Positions 49,846 through 63,667 of a stretch of 64,000 nucleotides of DNA are shown piece after piece. Each line of letters opens with the position of its first letter. The stretch's first letter is position 1. The stretch is taken from NCBI RefSeq assembly GCF_964194155.1, contig NC_135901.1, forward strand, positions 25,854,001 to 25,918,000, given 5' to 3'. Below the pieces are notes generated by a model. That model did no database searches. It had not been told where the DNA came from and saw only the letters and a list, made by a program, of their open reading frames with translations. The position numbers and the translations under genes were made by a program. The DNA is from Cetorhinus maximus. Taxonomy: Eukaryota.

Positions 49846-50748
49846 TCAGGAGGCATTGTGACTGAGTGAATCCCTTCCCACACACCGAGAGTTGAATAAC
49901 CTCTTCTCAGTGTGAGTGCGTTGGTGGGTCAGCAGGTTGAAAGACTTTGCAAATCCCTTCCCACACAGCGAGCAAGTGAACGGCCTCTCCCCAGTGTGAA
50001 CTCGCTGGTGTGCAGTGAGATTGGATGACCGACTGAATCCTTTCCCACATACGGAGCATGTGAACGGTTTCTCTGCAGTGTGAGTGCGTTGGTGAGCAGT
50101 GAGGTTGGATGACTGCCTGAAACTCTTCCCACAGGAAGTGCAGCTAAATGGCTTCTCCTCAGTGTGAATTCGCTGGTGTCTCAGCAGGTTGGGTAAAACT
50201 GTGAATCCCTTCCCACACATGGAGCAGGTGAACGGTCTCTCCCCAGTGTGAACTCGCTGGTGTAAAATGAGGGACGATGCCTGTCTGAAACTCTTTCCAC
50301 AGGAAGTGCAACTGAATGGCTTCTCTTCAATGTGAATTCGCTGGTGTGACAGCAGGTGGGATGACCCAGTGAATCCTTTCCCACACACAGAGCAAGTGAA
50401 CAACCTCGCTCCAGTGTGAACTCGCTGGTGTGTCAAAAGGTGGAATGACTGAGTAAATCCCTTCCCACACTCGGAGCAGATGAATGGCCTCTCCCCAGTG
50501 TGAGTGCGTTGATGTACAGTGAGTGCTGAAGAGTGCCTGAACCTCTTTCCACAGGAAGTGCAGCTGAATAGCTTCTCCTCAGTGTGAATTCGCTGGTGTG
50601 ACCAAAGGCCAGATGACTGAGTAAATCCCTCCCCACACACAGAGCAGGTGAATGGCCTTTCCCCGGTGTGACTGCGTCGATGGTTTTCCAGCAGGGATGG
50701 GTAACTGAATCCTTTCCCACAGTCCTCACATTTCCACGGTTTCTCCAT
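49846..50748 (-). CDS. KRAB-less C2H2 zinc-finger protein (gene H), 10 fingers plus a frameshifted 11th
   Basis: MEKPWKC start; acceptor at 51107-51109; close paralog of gene B. Confidence 0.85.
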   Translation of the reverse strand: MEKPWKCEDCGKGFSYPSLLENHRRSHTGERPFTCSVCGEGFTQSSGLWSHQRIHTEEKLFSCTSCGKRFRHSSALTVHQRTHTGERPFICSECGKGFTQSFHLLTHQRVHTGARLFTCSVCGKGFTGSSHLLSHQRIHIEEKPFSCTSCGKSFRQASSLILHQRVHTGERPFTCSMCGKGFTVLPNLLRHQRIHTEEKPFSCTSCGKSFRQSSNLTAHQRTHTAEKPFTCSVCGKGFSRSSNLTAHQRVHTGERPFTCSLCGKGFAKSFNLLTHQRTHTEKRLFNSRCVGRDSLSHNAS

Positions 50749-51699
50749 AGTGTGGGTGTCCTTGTGTCTCTCCAGGTTGAATAATCAGTTGAAACCTTGT
50801 CCAGGCACAGAACATGTGTACAGTTTCTCCTCACAGTGAACGATGTGATGCTATTTCAGGCTGTTTAACTGGTTAAAGCTCTTTCCACAGTCAGTTCACT
50901 GAAACACTCTCACTCGGGTGTGAGTGTGTGTCTCGGTGTTTTTCCAGTGACACTGAAGTTCAATATCTTTCCCCACAGACGGAACAGACAAACATTTCTC
51001 CTTCCACATTCAAAATCTGAGGATATTCAGGTCCTGGTGAATTGAGTGACTGTCAGAAAATGTTTGGTTTGAGTTTCACATCTGCAAATCCTTCCCTTCT
51101 AATACCCTGGAAAATGAGTTTATAAAAGTCATCAATGTCAGTCCAGGATAGAAATTCAGAACAGACAATTCTAGTTTTAATGGAATATTGTTTTCTCTCT
51201 TGTTCCCCCAAAGCTGTAAATCCCCGTCCCACACACTCTCCCACCTCCCTGGGCTGAAATCCAAACCCATCTCACCATCTCCACCATTTCTTTCCTCCAC
51301 TCCCAGGTTTCTCCCTCCCACTCCTCTGCCTGGCTTCAGTTCTCCAGCTCCTGTCTGGAGACTGACAATAAAATCAATGAATTAATCATTTTCCCTCCTG
51401 GTCACAGACACCCTCAAGCCCCGTCCACTCTCTGTTGCATCATGAAGGTGGCCATACATGCGTCTGCTCCCAGATGAACCAAGATGACAGCTGTTAATCT
51501 GGGCCTGCTCCTGGGAAGAAGCCCCAGCGCTGCAAACGCAGGACCTGCAGGCTCTTATTGGGGGTTTGGGGTCTCCAATGGGTGTTTCTGAATCCTCCAC
51601 GCCCACCTCCCAGAGTTTCCTTCCTTCCCAGAAATCAGAGTCCTCACTGATTTCAATTGCTGAACACCCTCTCCCTGGCAGGACCGTACTGAGTTTCCA

Positions 51700-54525
51700 T
51701 ACATACGAACATTGGAATTAGGAGCAACAGTAGGCCATTCGGCCCCTCAATCCTGCCCCACCATTTGATAAGATCACGGCTGATATGATTGTGGCCTCAA
51801 CTCTATTTTCCTATTTATCCCCTATAACCTGCGACTCCTTTGTCAATCGAGAATCTATATAGCTCAGCCTTGAATATATTCAATGACCCAGCCCCACTGG
51901 TCTCAGGGGAAGAGAATTCCACAGCCTATTGGCCCTCTGAGAATGAGTGATAATGAGCTGGAACTTGCTGCCTATGAGGGGGGATGGCAATGGACATGAT
52001 GAATGATCTCAAAAGGAAATTGGATAAACACTTGAGGGAAATAAATCTGCAAGAATACAGTGATAGAGCAGGGAAATGGGACTGACTGGATTGCTCTGGA
52101 GAGCTGGCAGGGACTCAATGGGCCAAACGGCCTCCTTTATGTCATAATGTCTCGGTGACTCTTGCATGCAATCTTGCCTTGAAATTTAACCCTTCGGGTT
52201 CAGATATTATTCAGGTAAATCTGTGCTACGCTCCCTCCAAGGCCATTCTATCCTTCCTAAGGTTTGCTGCCCAGAACTGAACACGGTTCTCCAGGTGTGC
52301 TCTAACCAGGGTTTGTGTGTCTCGGTGCTTTTCCAGTCACACTGCTTCAGGATCATCGAATAGTCACAGCACAGAAGGAGGCCATTCGGCCCCTTGTGTA
52401 TATTCTGGCTACCTAAAGGAGATATCCATCTGGTGCCACTCCCCTGCCTTCTCTCTGTAGCCCCACACATTCTTCTTTTTCAAACAATACCATCATTTCC
52501 TCTTGAATGCCTCGATGGAATCTGCCTCCGCCGCACTCTCAGGCAGTGCATTCCAGAGTCTAAACACTGGCTGTGAGATAAAGTTTTTCTCATATGACCA
52601 TTGCTTCTTTCCCCAATTCCCTTCAATCTGTGTCCTCTGAATTTCCATCCTTCCACCAATGAGAGCAGCTTTTCCTTGTTCACTCTGTCCAGGCCCCTCA
52701 TGACTTTGAACACCTCTATCAAATCTCCTCTCAACCTTCTCTTCTCCAAGGAGAACAGTCCGGACTTCTCTAATTTATATTTGTAACTTCAGGGATGAGG
52801 GACTTCATTCTCATGAATCTTTTCTGCACTCTCTCTAATGCCTTCACATCCTTCCCAAAGTGTGGTACCCAGAAATAGACACAATACCCCAGTTGAGGCC
52901 GAACCAGTCTTGTATCCAAGTTTAACATAACAACTTTGCTCTTGTACTCAATGTCCCCATTAATAAACCCCAGGATACCGTGTGCTTTATGAACTGCTTT
53001 CTCAACCTGCCTTGGCACCTTCAACATATACACATATACATCCAGGTCCCTCTGCTCCTATACCCACTTTAGACTTGTATTCTTTCTTTTCTATTGTCTC
53101 CCAGCGTTCTTCTGACCAAAATGAATCATGTCACACTTCTCTGCATTACATTTCATCTGCCACTTGTCCATCCTGTCTACCAACCTGTCTACATCCTTTT
53201 GAAGTTCCACACTATCGTCCTCACAGTTCACAATGCTTCCAAGTTTTGTAATGTTTGTGAATTTTGAAACTGAGCCCTGGATACCAAGGTGTAGATCCTA
53301 ATATTTTTTCAGGAGTAGCAGAGCTCCTAATGCTGATCCCTTGGGAACTCCACTATAAATCTTCGTCCAGTCCAAAAAACAACCATTAACCACTGCACCA
53401 CTACTCTTTGTTTCCAGGCGCTCAGCCAATTCCGTATCCATGTTGTTACTGTCCCTTTGATCACATGAGCTATAACTTTTCTCACAAGTCTGTTGTGCAG
53501 CACTTTATTAAATGCCTTTTGGAAATCCATCTACACCACATAAACAGAATTACCCTCATCACCCCTCTCTGATGCCTCATCAAAAAACTCAAGTAAGTTA
53601 GATAAGCCGGTTCTGAGAAAGAGTCATATCGGACTCGAAACATTAACTCTGTTTCTCTCTCTACAGATGCTGCCTGACTTGCAGAGTTTTTACAGAACTT
53701 TGTTTTTATTTTAGATAAACATGATTTACCGTTATTAATTTTGTCCTGAATTATCGTTTCTAGAAGCTTCCACACCACAGAGGTTAAACTGATAGACCTG
53801 TAGTTGCTGAGCTTATCTTTAGACCCTTTCTGAACAAGGGTGGAACCTTTGGAATTCTCCAGTCTTCTGACATCACCCGAGTATAAGGAAGATTGAAAGG
53901 TTCTGGCCAGTGCCTCTGCAATTCCCACTCTCACTTCCCTCAATATCCATGGATGCAAACCATCCTGGTACATTGTCCATTTTAAGTACAGACAGCCTAT
54001 CCAATATCTCATCAATTTTAAACCCTTTAGGGGTCTCAACTACCTTCTCTTTCACCATGACCTGTGCAATTTCTTTAGTAAATACAGGTGCAAAGTATTA
54101 ATTTAATACATCAGCCATGCCCCCTGCCTCCATGTGTGAATCCCCTTTGTGGTTCCGAATCAGCCCCACCCATCCCTTCATCATCCTTTGTATGTCTATA
54201 GAAGACATTTTAATTTCTTTCTATGTTAGCCATCAATCTCTTTTCATACTCTCTCTTTGCTTCTCTTAATTGCTTTTCCAATTCTGCTCTGAACCTTTTT
54301 TTATTCAGCTTGGTTCTACTTTACACCTGACATCTGCAATAAAGTACACTTTTTCTTCTTCATCTTAATCTCTGTTGTTTTTGTCATTGTGAGAGCTCTG
54401 AATTTCTTTCCCCTATCTTTTGCCTCATGCGTCCAAACTATCTCTTATTTCAAATCAGCCAATTTTTCAGTTCCAGTTTCACCTGCCAACCTTTGTTTCC
54501 AACTTAACTGGGCTTACCTGAAATC
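51700..54525 (-). mobile_element. Composite of CR1 fragments (mostly minus strand) with a Penelope-type insert at 53608-53713
   Basis: EKRRLRGDLIEVFK, LVRPQLGYCVYFW, DFQKAFNKV, NYRSISLTSVV. Confidence 0.85.
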
Positions 54526-54529
54526 TTTG

Positions 54530-54820
54530 CCTACAGACAAGCTGTTTCACTTCTACATTCAAACTTTGGTGATATTCAGGTTCTGATGAATCGAATGACT
54601 CTGTCAGATGTTTGGTTTGAGTTTCCCGTCTGTCAATCCCCCACTTCCAGTGCCCTGTAAGTTCACAATAACCATCACTATATTTCCAGGATGGAAACTG
54701 AGAAGGGACAAACATTTCTCTTGATTTAAGTTTGCTGTGTGTAAATCCTCCCCTTCTAACCCCCTGTAAAGATAATTTCCAAAATCCATCCCTGTCAGTC
54801 CAGGATAGAAATGCACAATA
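54530..54820 (-). pseudogene. Fingerless ZNF leader remnants (two tandem acceptor + leader copies), possibly 5' UTR exons of gene H
   Basis: Acceptors at 54764-54766 and 54655-54657, followed by GLEGEDLH.. and ggaaactcaaaccaaacatc. Confidence 0.6.
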
Positions 54821-54849
54821 TTCTCTCCTCCTGTTGACAGGGAAAGGAA

Positions 54850-55710
54850 TGTCCGCGCATGCGCCCTGCTGCACAAAATGGCAACCGTTAATCCGGACCT
54901 CTCACCGAGGAACGCGGATCGGGGCAACTGCCGCCCACAGATACCAGCGAGGAACCGGTAGCTTGTTATTCTGGCTTCAGAACGGCTCAAGGTGTTTACG
55001 AAACCTGCCCGTCCACCCGCCGGCTGCATCTCTCCCTCAATTCCGCCCTTTATCTTACCGGCTGCGGACCTGACAAACAAGCAGCTTTCCTTCGCCCTCA
55101 CTCACACTGCGCATGCTCCAGACTCGAGGCGGAATTGCACCTGCGCACTGATGTCCAGCTCCAGCAGCCACACTGCGCATGCTCCCGTCATAATACCCGG
55201 GTGATTGACGGCAACTCTGGACCAATAGGAAGAGGGGGCAGGACTGCAGGACCAAAGGGGCGCGGCTGGCCCACCAGCCAATTGGAGTGAATGAGGGGCG
55301 AGGCTGAATCAGGATCTCCCTCATTGGCTGAAACTCTTCATCATGTTGAAAGCTGGTTTGCCTCAAACTCCTGGAGAAAACTGGACCTTTGTGTTGAGAT
55401 AAAAACAAAAAACTGCGGATGCTGGAAATCCAAAACAAAAACAGAAATACCTGGAAAAACTCAGCAGGTCTGGCAGCATCGGCGGAGAAGAGTACAGTTG
55501 ACGTTTCGAGTCCTCATGACCCTGTTCTGTTGAAGGGTCATGAGGACTCGAAACGTCAACTTTGTTCTTCTCCGCCGATGCTGCCAGACCTGCTGAGTTT
55601 TTCCAGGTATTTCTGTTTCTGTTTTTGTTTTGGACCTTTCTGTTTGTGGCTTTAAACAGATGAAACCCTGTGGGTGTGGAGCAAATATTTCAACATTTGT
55701 TACTGAAATG
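54850..55710 (-). promoter_or_regulatory. CpG-rich promoter cassette, probably for gene H
   Basis: Inverted paralog of 10136-10700; CCAAT x3, GC boxes, tgcgcatgc repeats, candidate donor ccg|gtaaga (~55058). Confidence 0.75.
55391..55630. mobile_element. Palindromic Penelope-type insertion (inverted terminal repeats)
   Basis: Arms ~55430-55522 and ~55535-55633 are nearly perfect complements; tggaccttt duplicated at 55382-55390 and 55631-55639; absent from paralogous promoters. Confidence 0.85.
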
Positions 55711-56049
55711 TGGGAACGTGGTGAAACAAGCCACAAACTTAAAGGAATAACTGGACAGACAGGGAATGTCACCATTAGAACAAGGGGAGTCCTTGGTTTC
55801 AATAAATGAACTGGCAGAAGGGTCAGGACAGCTCAGGGAGAAGGTTAATATTGTCATCATTCAGAACAACACAGAATGTAAAGTAAAAGCTGATCTCAAA
55901 GACAATTTGTTGTAACGTGTTTGGAGGGGATGTGCTGAACCAGGTTTAAAGAGGTTAAACATGTTTTCTATATTGCACAATCACATTCAAAGCTTCAAAG
56001 GTGAGACATGAAAGCCCTCGACATTAATCTTGACAAGTGGGAAGCTGAC

Positions 56050-57060
56050 TGATGATTGATGCAATTGGAAACACCAGCTGTGGGCAGGAGTTCACCACCA
56101 CAGCGACATGTGGTTTCAGAAACTCCAACACAGACAAACAAGGTGTCAGCAGAGATCATCCCGCAACACAAGTAAGGAAAACCTTCATACGAGGCACTTT
56201 TGCCTTTATAGAATCTGCTTGTTCAGCCATCAGATGAAGTGCAGCAGATCGTCTCATCTGTTCTCATTAAAGTTCTGAGGCTGCAATCCCATCATCTCTC
56301 GCAGATGGACAGATGCTAAACATATGGGACAATCACATTAAAATCTGGAACTCAGATGGGGATAAAGATTGGTGTTAGGTGGGAAGGTCTGGATCAATGT
56401 CTTACTCCAGGAAGCTTTAAAATCAGAATGACAGCATTTCAGAAATTATTCCTGTGATATCAGTGATCCCATTCCTATCTGTTACTAAGACCGATGGAAG
56501 TATTTAGTGGAGACAGTAGCATGCTGGAGGATAATGTACACAAGGGTTTTCTGAACTGAGGATAATAGTGAGGGGAAAGGAAGGGATCTTGAAAAAAAAA
56601 AGACTCTTCATGTTGCTACAAAGGACATGGGACCTTCCACTTGGTTTGACACAACACACACACACAAACCCACATGGATACACTTCCTATCGATCAGGTG
56701 GACCAGGTTATGCCTCACACCGCTAACCCGACTACTGACTAAGACTGGCGATAAAGTATCAGTGTCTGTAAGGACCAAAAAGTTATAGAAATTCAAGTAA
56801 TCATTATGCTCCAGGGACTCAAAGCAGTTTTGACTACCTAATTCCAGCACTTTCTCTGAACCTTAATCTATAATGGACAACATATTGAACTGACACAATG
56901 GCAAAAAGTTAAGCCACCAACAGACATTAGGTGGTCTATGACCACTCTGGTGATCAGCCCTGGTGGGAGATTTTAGACAATACAGAACATCTTTGCATAA
57001 TTGCAGCCCCTACTTTCCTATTGGTAATATGGATAATTCCCCTTATATTGATGGCCTCGG
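56050..57060 (+). pseudogene. Degenerate env-like relic, inverted paralog of 8880-9750
   Basis: Colinear nucleotide homology; GDQPWWEILDNTEHLCIIAAPTFLLVIWIIPLILM TM. Confidence 0.55.
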
Positions 57061-58494
57061 TGAAGGTCAGGCCACAGAGCAGAATGGATGAAAAGATGGC
57101 TCCAAACTCCCTGTAAATCTAACCTTTTGATTTCGGTTTTGTAGCCATCTTTCCATCCATCTGCTGCCTGGCCCTTCACTCCACACAGCCTGATCTTGGT
57201 CACCTTGTACACACTGTTATGGATAACAAGCGGGTTACAAAACAGAAAACAGAGAAGAGGTTAAGCAAAGTGACTCAGACTGGTAAAAGGTGGGAACTGA
57301 TGTTCCACAGGGAGCAATGCTGGAACCACTGTTATTCAAATTTATACAAACGATTTGGACTCAGAAATCAGAAACCCAATTTTAAAATTTGGGAGCAGAA
57401 TTACAGTAAATCACAGATAAGAATTCCCAGTTAACAAAACTTTGTTGTACAGTTCATTAAATCTTTAATTCAGTAGCAGAGTGAACAAATGACATGAGGA
57501 AGTGATGAACTGATTTATTTATGAATTAATTGATTACCAAATTGGGAAGTACAGTTAATACTGGAGGAAGACTGCAACAAAATCCTGGGATCTAACACAC
57601 ACACATCAATATAGCCGGGAATTCTTGGAAACATGGTGTAGGTCCTTCTTCATCTGGAGATCAAATGTCTGTTGTATAATTGTCCCAGGAGTTAAAAGGA
57701 TCCTGTGAATTCCTCCTTGTGTTATTTTAAGACAGACGTTACACTATTTATTTTTAGCTACGTTTTACTATGTTAAAGGTGCTATGTCAATACAAGTTAT
57801 TGTTGACATTGGCTTAAAGTAGTGGACTCAGGACTGTCACCAATAAATCTTAAAAACTTCACAGAATAATCACCACGGTCATTTTTAAACTGGAGACTTA
57901 TTCCTGCCATTTCAGTTTCAGTCAGGAACAGAGCACAGTTTTACACCAATCTCTGATTTAACAGCATGTTTCCAGACTGCCTGACTCAGGTTCTACAACC
58001 AACAGTTGTAAAGGAGCCTTCTGCTCTCTGCCTAGCAGCTTTGAAACACGATGGTTACAAAACAGAAATCAGAGGGTTAGATTTCCAGGGAGTTTGTATC
58101 TTTCCATCCATTTTTCTATGTGGCCTTGGACTCCACAGCCTGACCTTGGTCATCGTTAGTCTGTACGTACTGCACAGAAGTGGCTGTGACACATTTCTCA
58201 CATCTCAGGATTAATCCACATGTGGGTTTTGCTGTCAGTGAAGAAATATGAGAAAGACCAAAGTGTCATTTGTCCCTCTCAGTATGACCCTAAAGGACTG
58301 CATCCAGGCTGAAGTTCTGTTCCTGCCATATGATCCTCCCCCAGATTGTCCTTTCTGAGCTCCAGCCAGGTGATGTTAAACACTCAGGTAGGAAAGACAA
58401 AATTGTACAACAATGTGTGAAAAATAAAGTTTGACATGCTATGTGACATTTATCCAGAATATTAAACAGCAGCCCATTGATATGGTTTATCAAC

Positions 58495-60425
58495 TTATAT
58501 ACGAACATACGAATTAGGAGCAGGAGTAGGCCACTCGGCCCCTCGGGCTTGTTCCGCCATTCAATAAGATCATGGCTGATCTGATTGTAATCTCAACTAC
58601 ACATTCCTGCCGACCCTGACAACCTTTCACCCCCTTGCTTATCAAGAATCTATCTACCTCTGCCTTAAATATAATCAAAGATTCTGTCTCAACTGCCTTT
58701 TGAGGAAGAGAATTCCAAAGTCTCACAACCCTACGAGAGAAAAAATAACTCCTCATCTCTGACTTAAATGGGCGACCCCTTAAACAGTGGCCCCTAGTTC
58801 AAGATTCTCTCAGAAGAGAAAACATCCTTTCCACATCCACCTTGACAAGACCCCTCAATGTGTTTCAATCAAGTTACCTCTTTCCTCCAATCTTTCCTCA
58901 TAAGACAACCCGCCCATTCCTGGTATTGATCAATTAAACCTTCGCTGAACTGCTTCCAATGCATTTACATCTTTCCTTAAATAAGGAGACCAGTACTACA
59001 CATAGTACTCCAGATGTGGGCTCACCAAGTGCCCTGTATAACTGAAGCATAACCTCCCTACTTTTGTATTCAATTTCCCTTGCAATGAATGATAACATTC
59101 TTTCAGCTTTACTAATTATTTGCTGTACCTGCACACTAACCTTTTGTGATTCATGCACTAGGACACCCAGATCCCTCTGAATCTCAGAGCTCTGCAATCT
59201 CTCACCATTTAAATAATATGCTTCTTTTTTATTCGTCCTGCCAACGTGGACAATGTCACATTTTCCCACATTATACTCCATTTGCCAGCTTTTTGCCCAC
59301 TCACCTAACCTATTTGTATCTTTTTGTAGCCTTCTTATGTCATCTTCACAATTTACTTTCCTACCTATGTGTCATCAGCAAATTTAGCAATCACACCATT
59401 GGTTCCTTCATCCAAATCATTTATATAAATTATAAAGAGCTGAGGTCCCCGCACCGATCCTTGTGGCACACCACTCATCACATCCTGCTAATCAGAAAAA
59501 GACCCATTTATGCCTACTCTCTGTTTCCTGTTAGCTAGCTAATCATCTATTCATGTCAATATGTTACCCCCTACACCATGAGATTTCATTTTCCACAATA
59601 ACCTTTAATGAGGCACCTTATCAAATGCCTTCTGGAAATATAGGTACAGTACATCCACCAGTTCCCCTTTATCCACAGCACCTATTACTTCTTCAAAGAG
59701 CCCCAATAAATTGGTTAAGCATGATTTCCCTCTCACAAAACCTTGTTGACTCTGCCTGATTAAACTTGAAGTTATCTAAGTGCCCTGTAATAATGCTTCT
59801 AACATTTTCCCTATGACAGATGTTAAGCTAACTGGCCTATAGTTTCCTGCTCTCTGTCTCCCTCCCTTTTTGAATAAGAGTTACATTTCCTATTTTCCTA
59901 TCTGATTTTCCTATCCTTCCCCGAATCTAGCGAATTTTGGAAAATTAAAACCAATGCATCAACTATCTCACTAGCCACTTCTTTTAAGACCCAAGGATGA
60001 AATCCATCAGGACAGGGGGACTTATCAGCCCACAGCTCCAACAATTTGCTCAGTACCACTTCCCTGGTGATTGTAATTTTCTTGAGCTCCTCCCTCCCTT
60101 CCAATTCCTGATTTATAGCCATTCCTGGCATGTTACTTGTATCCTCCACAGTGAAGACGATGCAAAATATCTGTTCAATTCATCTGCCATCTCCTTATTT
60201 TCCATTATTAACTCCCCAGATTCACTTTCTATAGGAGCAACCCTCACTTTGTTAACTCTTTTCATTTTTAAATATCAATATTTACTTTCACTATCTGTCT
60301 TTATATTTCTACCTCGCTTTCTCTCGTACTCGACTTTTTCTTTCTTTATTAATCTTTCAATCATTCTTTGCTTTTTTTAAATTCTATCCAGTCTTCTGAG
60401 CTGCTAAACATCTTTGCACAATTAT
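58495..60425 (-). mobile_element. CR1 LINE RT to 3' end
   Basis: DKSPCPDGFHPWVLKE, MEYNVGKC, FFSRRVVRLWNSLP, tail. Confidence 0.9.
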
Positions 60426-60520
60426 ATTTCTGCAGAAACAAACTCCAGCTGTCAGAATGAAAGAATTCAATCCTGAACAGGATTAAAAGCAACAGTAACC
60501 ACAGATTTCAATCCCCATAG

Positions 60521-61390
60521 TCACTTGTGAACTCGCTGATGTGTCAGCAGGGTGGATGACTGAGTGAATCCCTTCCCACACACGGAGCAGGTGAATGGCC
60601 TCTCCCCAGTGTGAACTCGCTGGTGTGTCAGCAGATCCTTTTTACTTTTAAATGTCTTCTCACACTCAGAACATTTAAAAGGTCTCTGATCAGTATGAAC
60701 AAGTTGATGTGTCAGAAGGTGGGATGACCGAATGAATCCCTTTCCACACATGGAACATGTGAATGGCCTCTCGCCAGTGTGAACTCGCTGATGCGTCAAC
60801 AGGTCAGATGAATTGGTGTATCCCTTCCCGCACATGGAGCAGGTGAATGGCCTCTCCCCAGTGTGAATTCGCTGGTGTGTCAGTAGTTTGGATGGTCGAT
60901 TAAATCCCTTGCCACAGATAAAGCAGGTGTATGGACTTTCCCCAGTGTGAATTCTCTGGTGATTCAGAAGTCTGGATAATCGATTAAATCCCTCTCCACA
61001 CAAGGAACAGATGAACGGACTCTTCCTCGTGTGAATGCGCTGGTGTGTCAGCAGGTAGGATGACTGAGTGAATCCCTTCCCACACACGGAGCAGGTGAAC
61101 GGCCTCTCTCCACTGTGAGTTTGCTGGTGCCTCTGAAAGTTTGATGAATGACCAATTGCCTTCCCACACACGGAGCAGATGACTGAACTCTGCTCAGTGT
61201 GAATGTGCTTGTGTCTCATCAGGTTGGATGAATTAGTGAATCCCTTCCCACACACGGAGCAGGTGAATGGCCTCTCCCCAGTGTGGCTGCGTTGATGAAT
61301 TTCCAGTTTTGATGGGGAACCAAATCCCTTCCCACAGTCCCCACATTTCCACGGTTTCTCCATGGTGCCGGTGTCCTTGTGGCTGTCCAT
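60521..61390 (-). CDS. KRAB-less C2H2 zinc-finger protein (gene I), 10 fingers; likely start MEKPWK at 61363
   Basis: Open frame, ends HK*; decayed fingers and leader upstream (61391-61590). Confidence 0.87.
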   Translation of the reverse strand: MDSHKDTGTMEKPWKCGDCGKGFGSPSKLEIHQRSHTGERPFTCSVCGKGFTNSSNLMRHKHIHTEQSSVICSVCGKAIGHSSNFQRHQQTHSGERPFTCSVCGKGFTQSSYLLTHQRIHTRKSPFICSLCGEGFNRLSRLLNHQRIHTGESPYTCFICGKGFNRPSKLLTHQRIHTGERPFTCSMCGKGYTNSSDLLTHQRVHTGERPFTCSMCGKGFIRSSHLLTHQLVHTDQRPFKCSECEKTFKSKKDLLTHQRVHTGERPFTCSVCGKGFTQSSTLLTHQRVHK

Positions 61391-62149
61391 GTTGGATGGT
61401 CAGACCAAACCTCGTACACAGTTTATCCCCGCTGTGAATGATTAGATGTTTTTTCAGGCTGTGCAATTGGTTAAAACATTTCTCCTCCTACATTAAAGGT
61501 TCAATGATATCCAGCACCTGATGTATTGAGTGAATCTGTCAGATTTTGACGTGATTTTTGGTTTGAGTTTCCTGTCAGCAAATCTTCCTGTTCACTTCCT
61601 TGAACTGCTGTAGTCCATGTGGTGTCGGCGCTGTTAGGAAGGGAGTTCCAGGATTTCGACCCAGCGACAATGAAGGAACCGCAATATATTCCCAAGTCTG
61701 ATTTATGATGGAAAAAAGGTTATTGATAAAGCAGCTGAAGATGGTTGGGCCCAGGATACTGTCCTGAGGAATTCCTGCAGCGATGTCCTGGGTTTGAGGT
61801 AACAAAGAATAAAAAAAACCTGATAAATGTTAAATTGTGTTGTTGATAAAAGAGATACTCATTTAATTTTTCAGAGATGACTGATTCCCCAGGGGTTCAC
61901 TCTGACTCCCCTGACTGACTGACTCAGGGTCCAGTCCTCAATCCCCCCGACTGGTGACTGAAGTCGCTGCTCCCTTTGCTCCTCCGGCCTCTGAGCTCCT
62001 CTTGCTGTTGTTTCCCAGGACAGTCAATGCTCGCTCTCCAACATGACCCTGTCAGATGGAGTTCAGGGGCTCAGAGGGAGAAAGGAAAATGTGGCGGTGA
62101 ATCTGAGTTGGGAAAAACAAGGAGAGAAACAGGATTCAATGGAGAAACT

Positions 62150-62420
62150 GAGCGGGGGGCGAGCACAGCCTCAGGAACAGCGAGTGCGGCTCTCAGAGGC
62201 CGAATGAGAGCGGCCCGGCGGCCGCGCGGTGATCTCCCCTGGCTGGGGGTCGGGTTTCCACCGAGTCCGACTCACAACAAAGGAGCCACCCAGAATGCCC
62301 CGCGGCTGGCCCTGGGGAGCATGCGCACTCTCAGCGCCTGGGGAAAGGTGCGTGTTGAATAGAGCGGTTTTTGGAGCGCGATGGATTGTGGGAATCTCGG
62401 CCGCCATTAGCATAAGATTC
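62150..62420 (-). promoter_or_regulatory. CpG-rich promoter region of gene I
   Basis: CpG-dense; gagcatgcgcac (NRF1-like), ggccgccatt (YY1-like). Confidence 0.6.
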
Positions 62421-62519
62421 AAACAATGGTTCCCCCAGAGAAAGAGGACAACTGGCCTGTCTTATCTGCGAGAATCACTTAGCTAATCACACTCTCCCGC
62501 CTTTTCTCCATAACCCTGC

Positions 62520-63330
62520 AACTGATTATTGATACAGGGCCTAGATTAATATAAACTGAAATAGGGTCTAGTGTAGGGATGACTGAGACAGGGCCCAGAT
62601 TAATCTCAACTGAGACAGGGTCTCGTGCAGTGATTACTGATGCAGCAGGAAGAGTAAAATAATCCAAGACCGGACCTAGTGCAGTAATGAAAAGGATGGT
62701 GCCTAATGGAATATTAAGCAAGACATGGTCTGACTCTAGTGCCATAATAACTAAGATATATTGTGATATGGCCCACTGTAATGTAACAGACAGAGGCCCA
62801 AATTACAGTGGCACAGTCGACTGCAGTAGCTGCTTTGACAGGGCCTAGTGTAGTGCAAATAGTGGCCTGGTCTTATGTGGCAATAACTGAGACATGGCCA
62901 AGGTAAGTTAAAAGCAAAACAGGGGCGAGTGCATTATAAACAGGGACAGGATCTAGTGCGGTAATCAGTACACCGGGTCTACTGTACTATAAACCAGGAC
63001 AGGGTCTAGTACAGTTCAAAATAATATTAAGAAATATTTGCATTTATATAGCTCATATCATGATCACCACATGTGTCAAAACACTTTACACCTAATTGAG
63101 TACTTTCAAATTGTTAGTAATGTTACTAGTACAGGGCCTCGTGTAATACAGGTGGATATAATTAGAGACATGGTCAAATAACTGAGACAGGGTCTAATGA
63201 AACATAAACAGAAACATGGTCTAGTTTGTAACAACTGAGACAGCATCAAGGGCACAAATAACAGAGTCATGTACAATATAAATAGAGACATGGTCAAGTC
63301 TGGTGATAATCAGAGAGGATCGACTGCAGT
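62520..63330. repeat. Degenerate ~27-bp tandem repeat
   Basis: Recurring actgagacagggtctagtg(c/t)agtaat. Confidence 0.75.
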
Positions 63331-63667
63331 AATGTCTTGAATATAGCTTCAAATAGTAATCAAAACCTATTCATGCCTAATCAGGCTTCAGGTGATTGAT
63401 AGTTAACTGTCACACAGTCAGGTGAGTCAGCTGCCTTAGCAACCTTTTAACTAGACTACTGAACTCAGAGAAAGTAAAGAGAAAGACTTGCCAGTTCAAT
63501 TCCTACTGTGCAGCAAATTGCCAAGACCCACACTCACTCTCGCTGTGTCTCACTCAGGATGAGGTCTCTCCCCTGCTCGTGTGCTTCTAATAGTCCCTTT
63601 CTTAAATAGAGATAAGGTGAGCTGAGATGAGTCACACTAGTTAAGCTTCAAATAGTAATTCAGGCCC

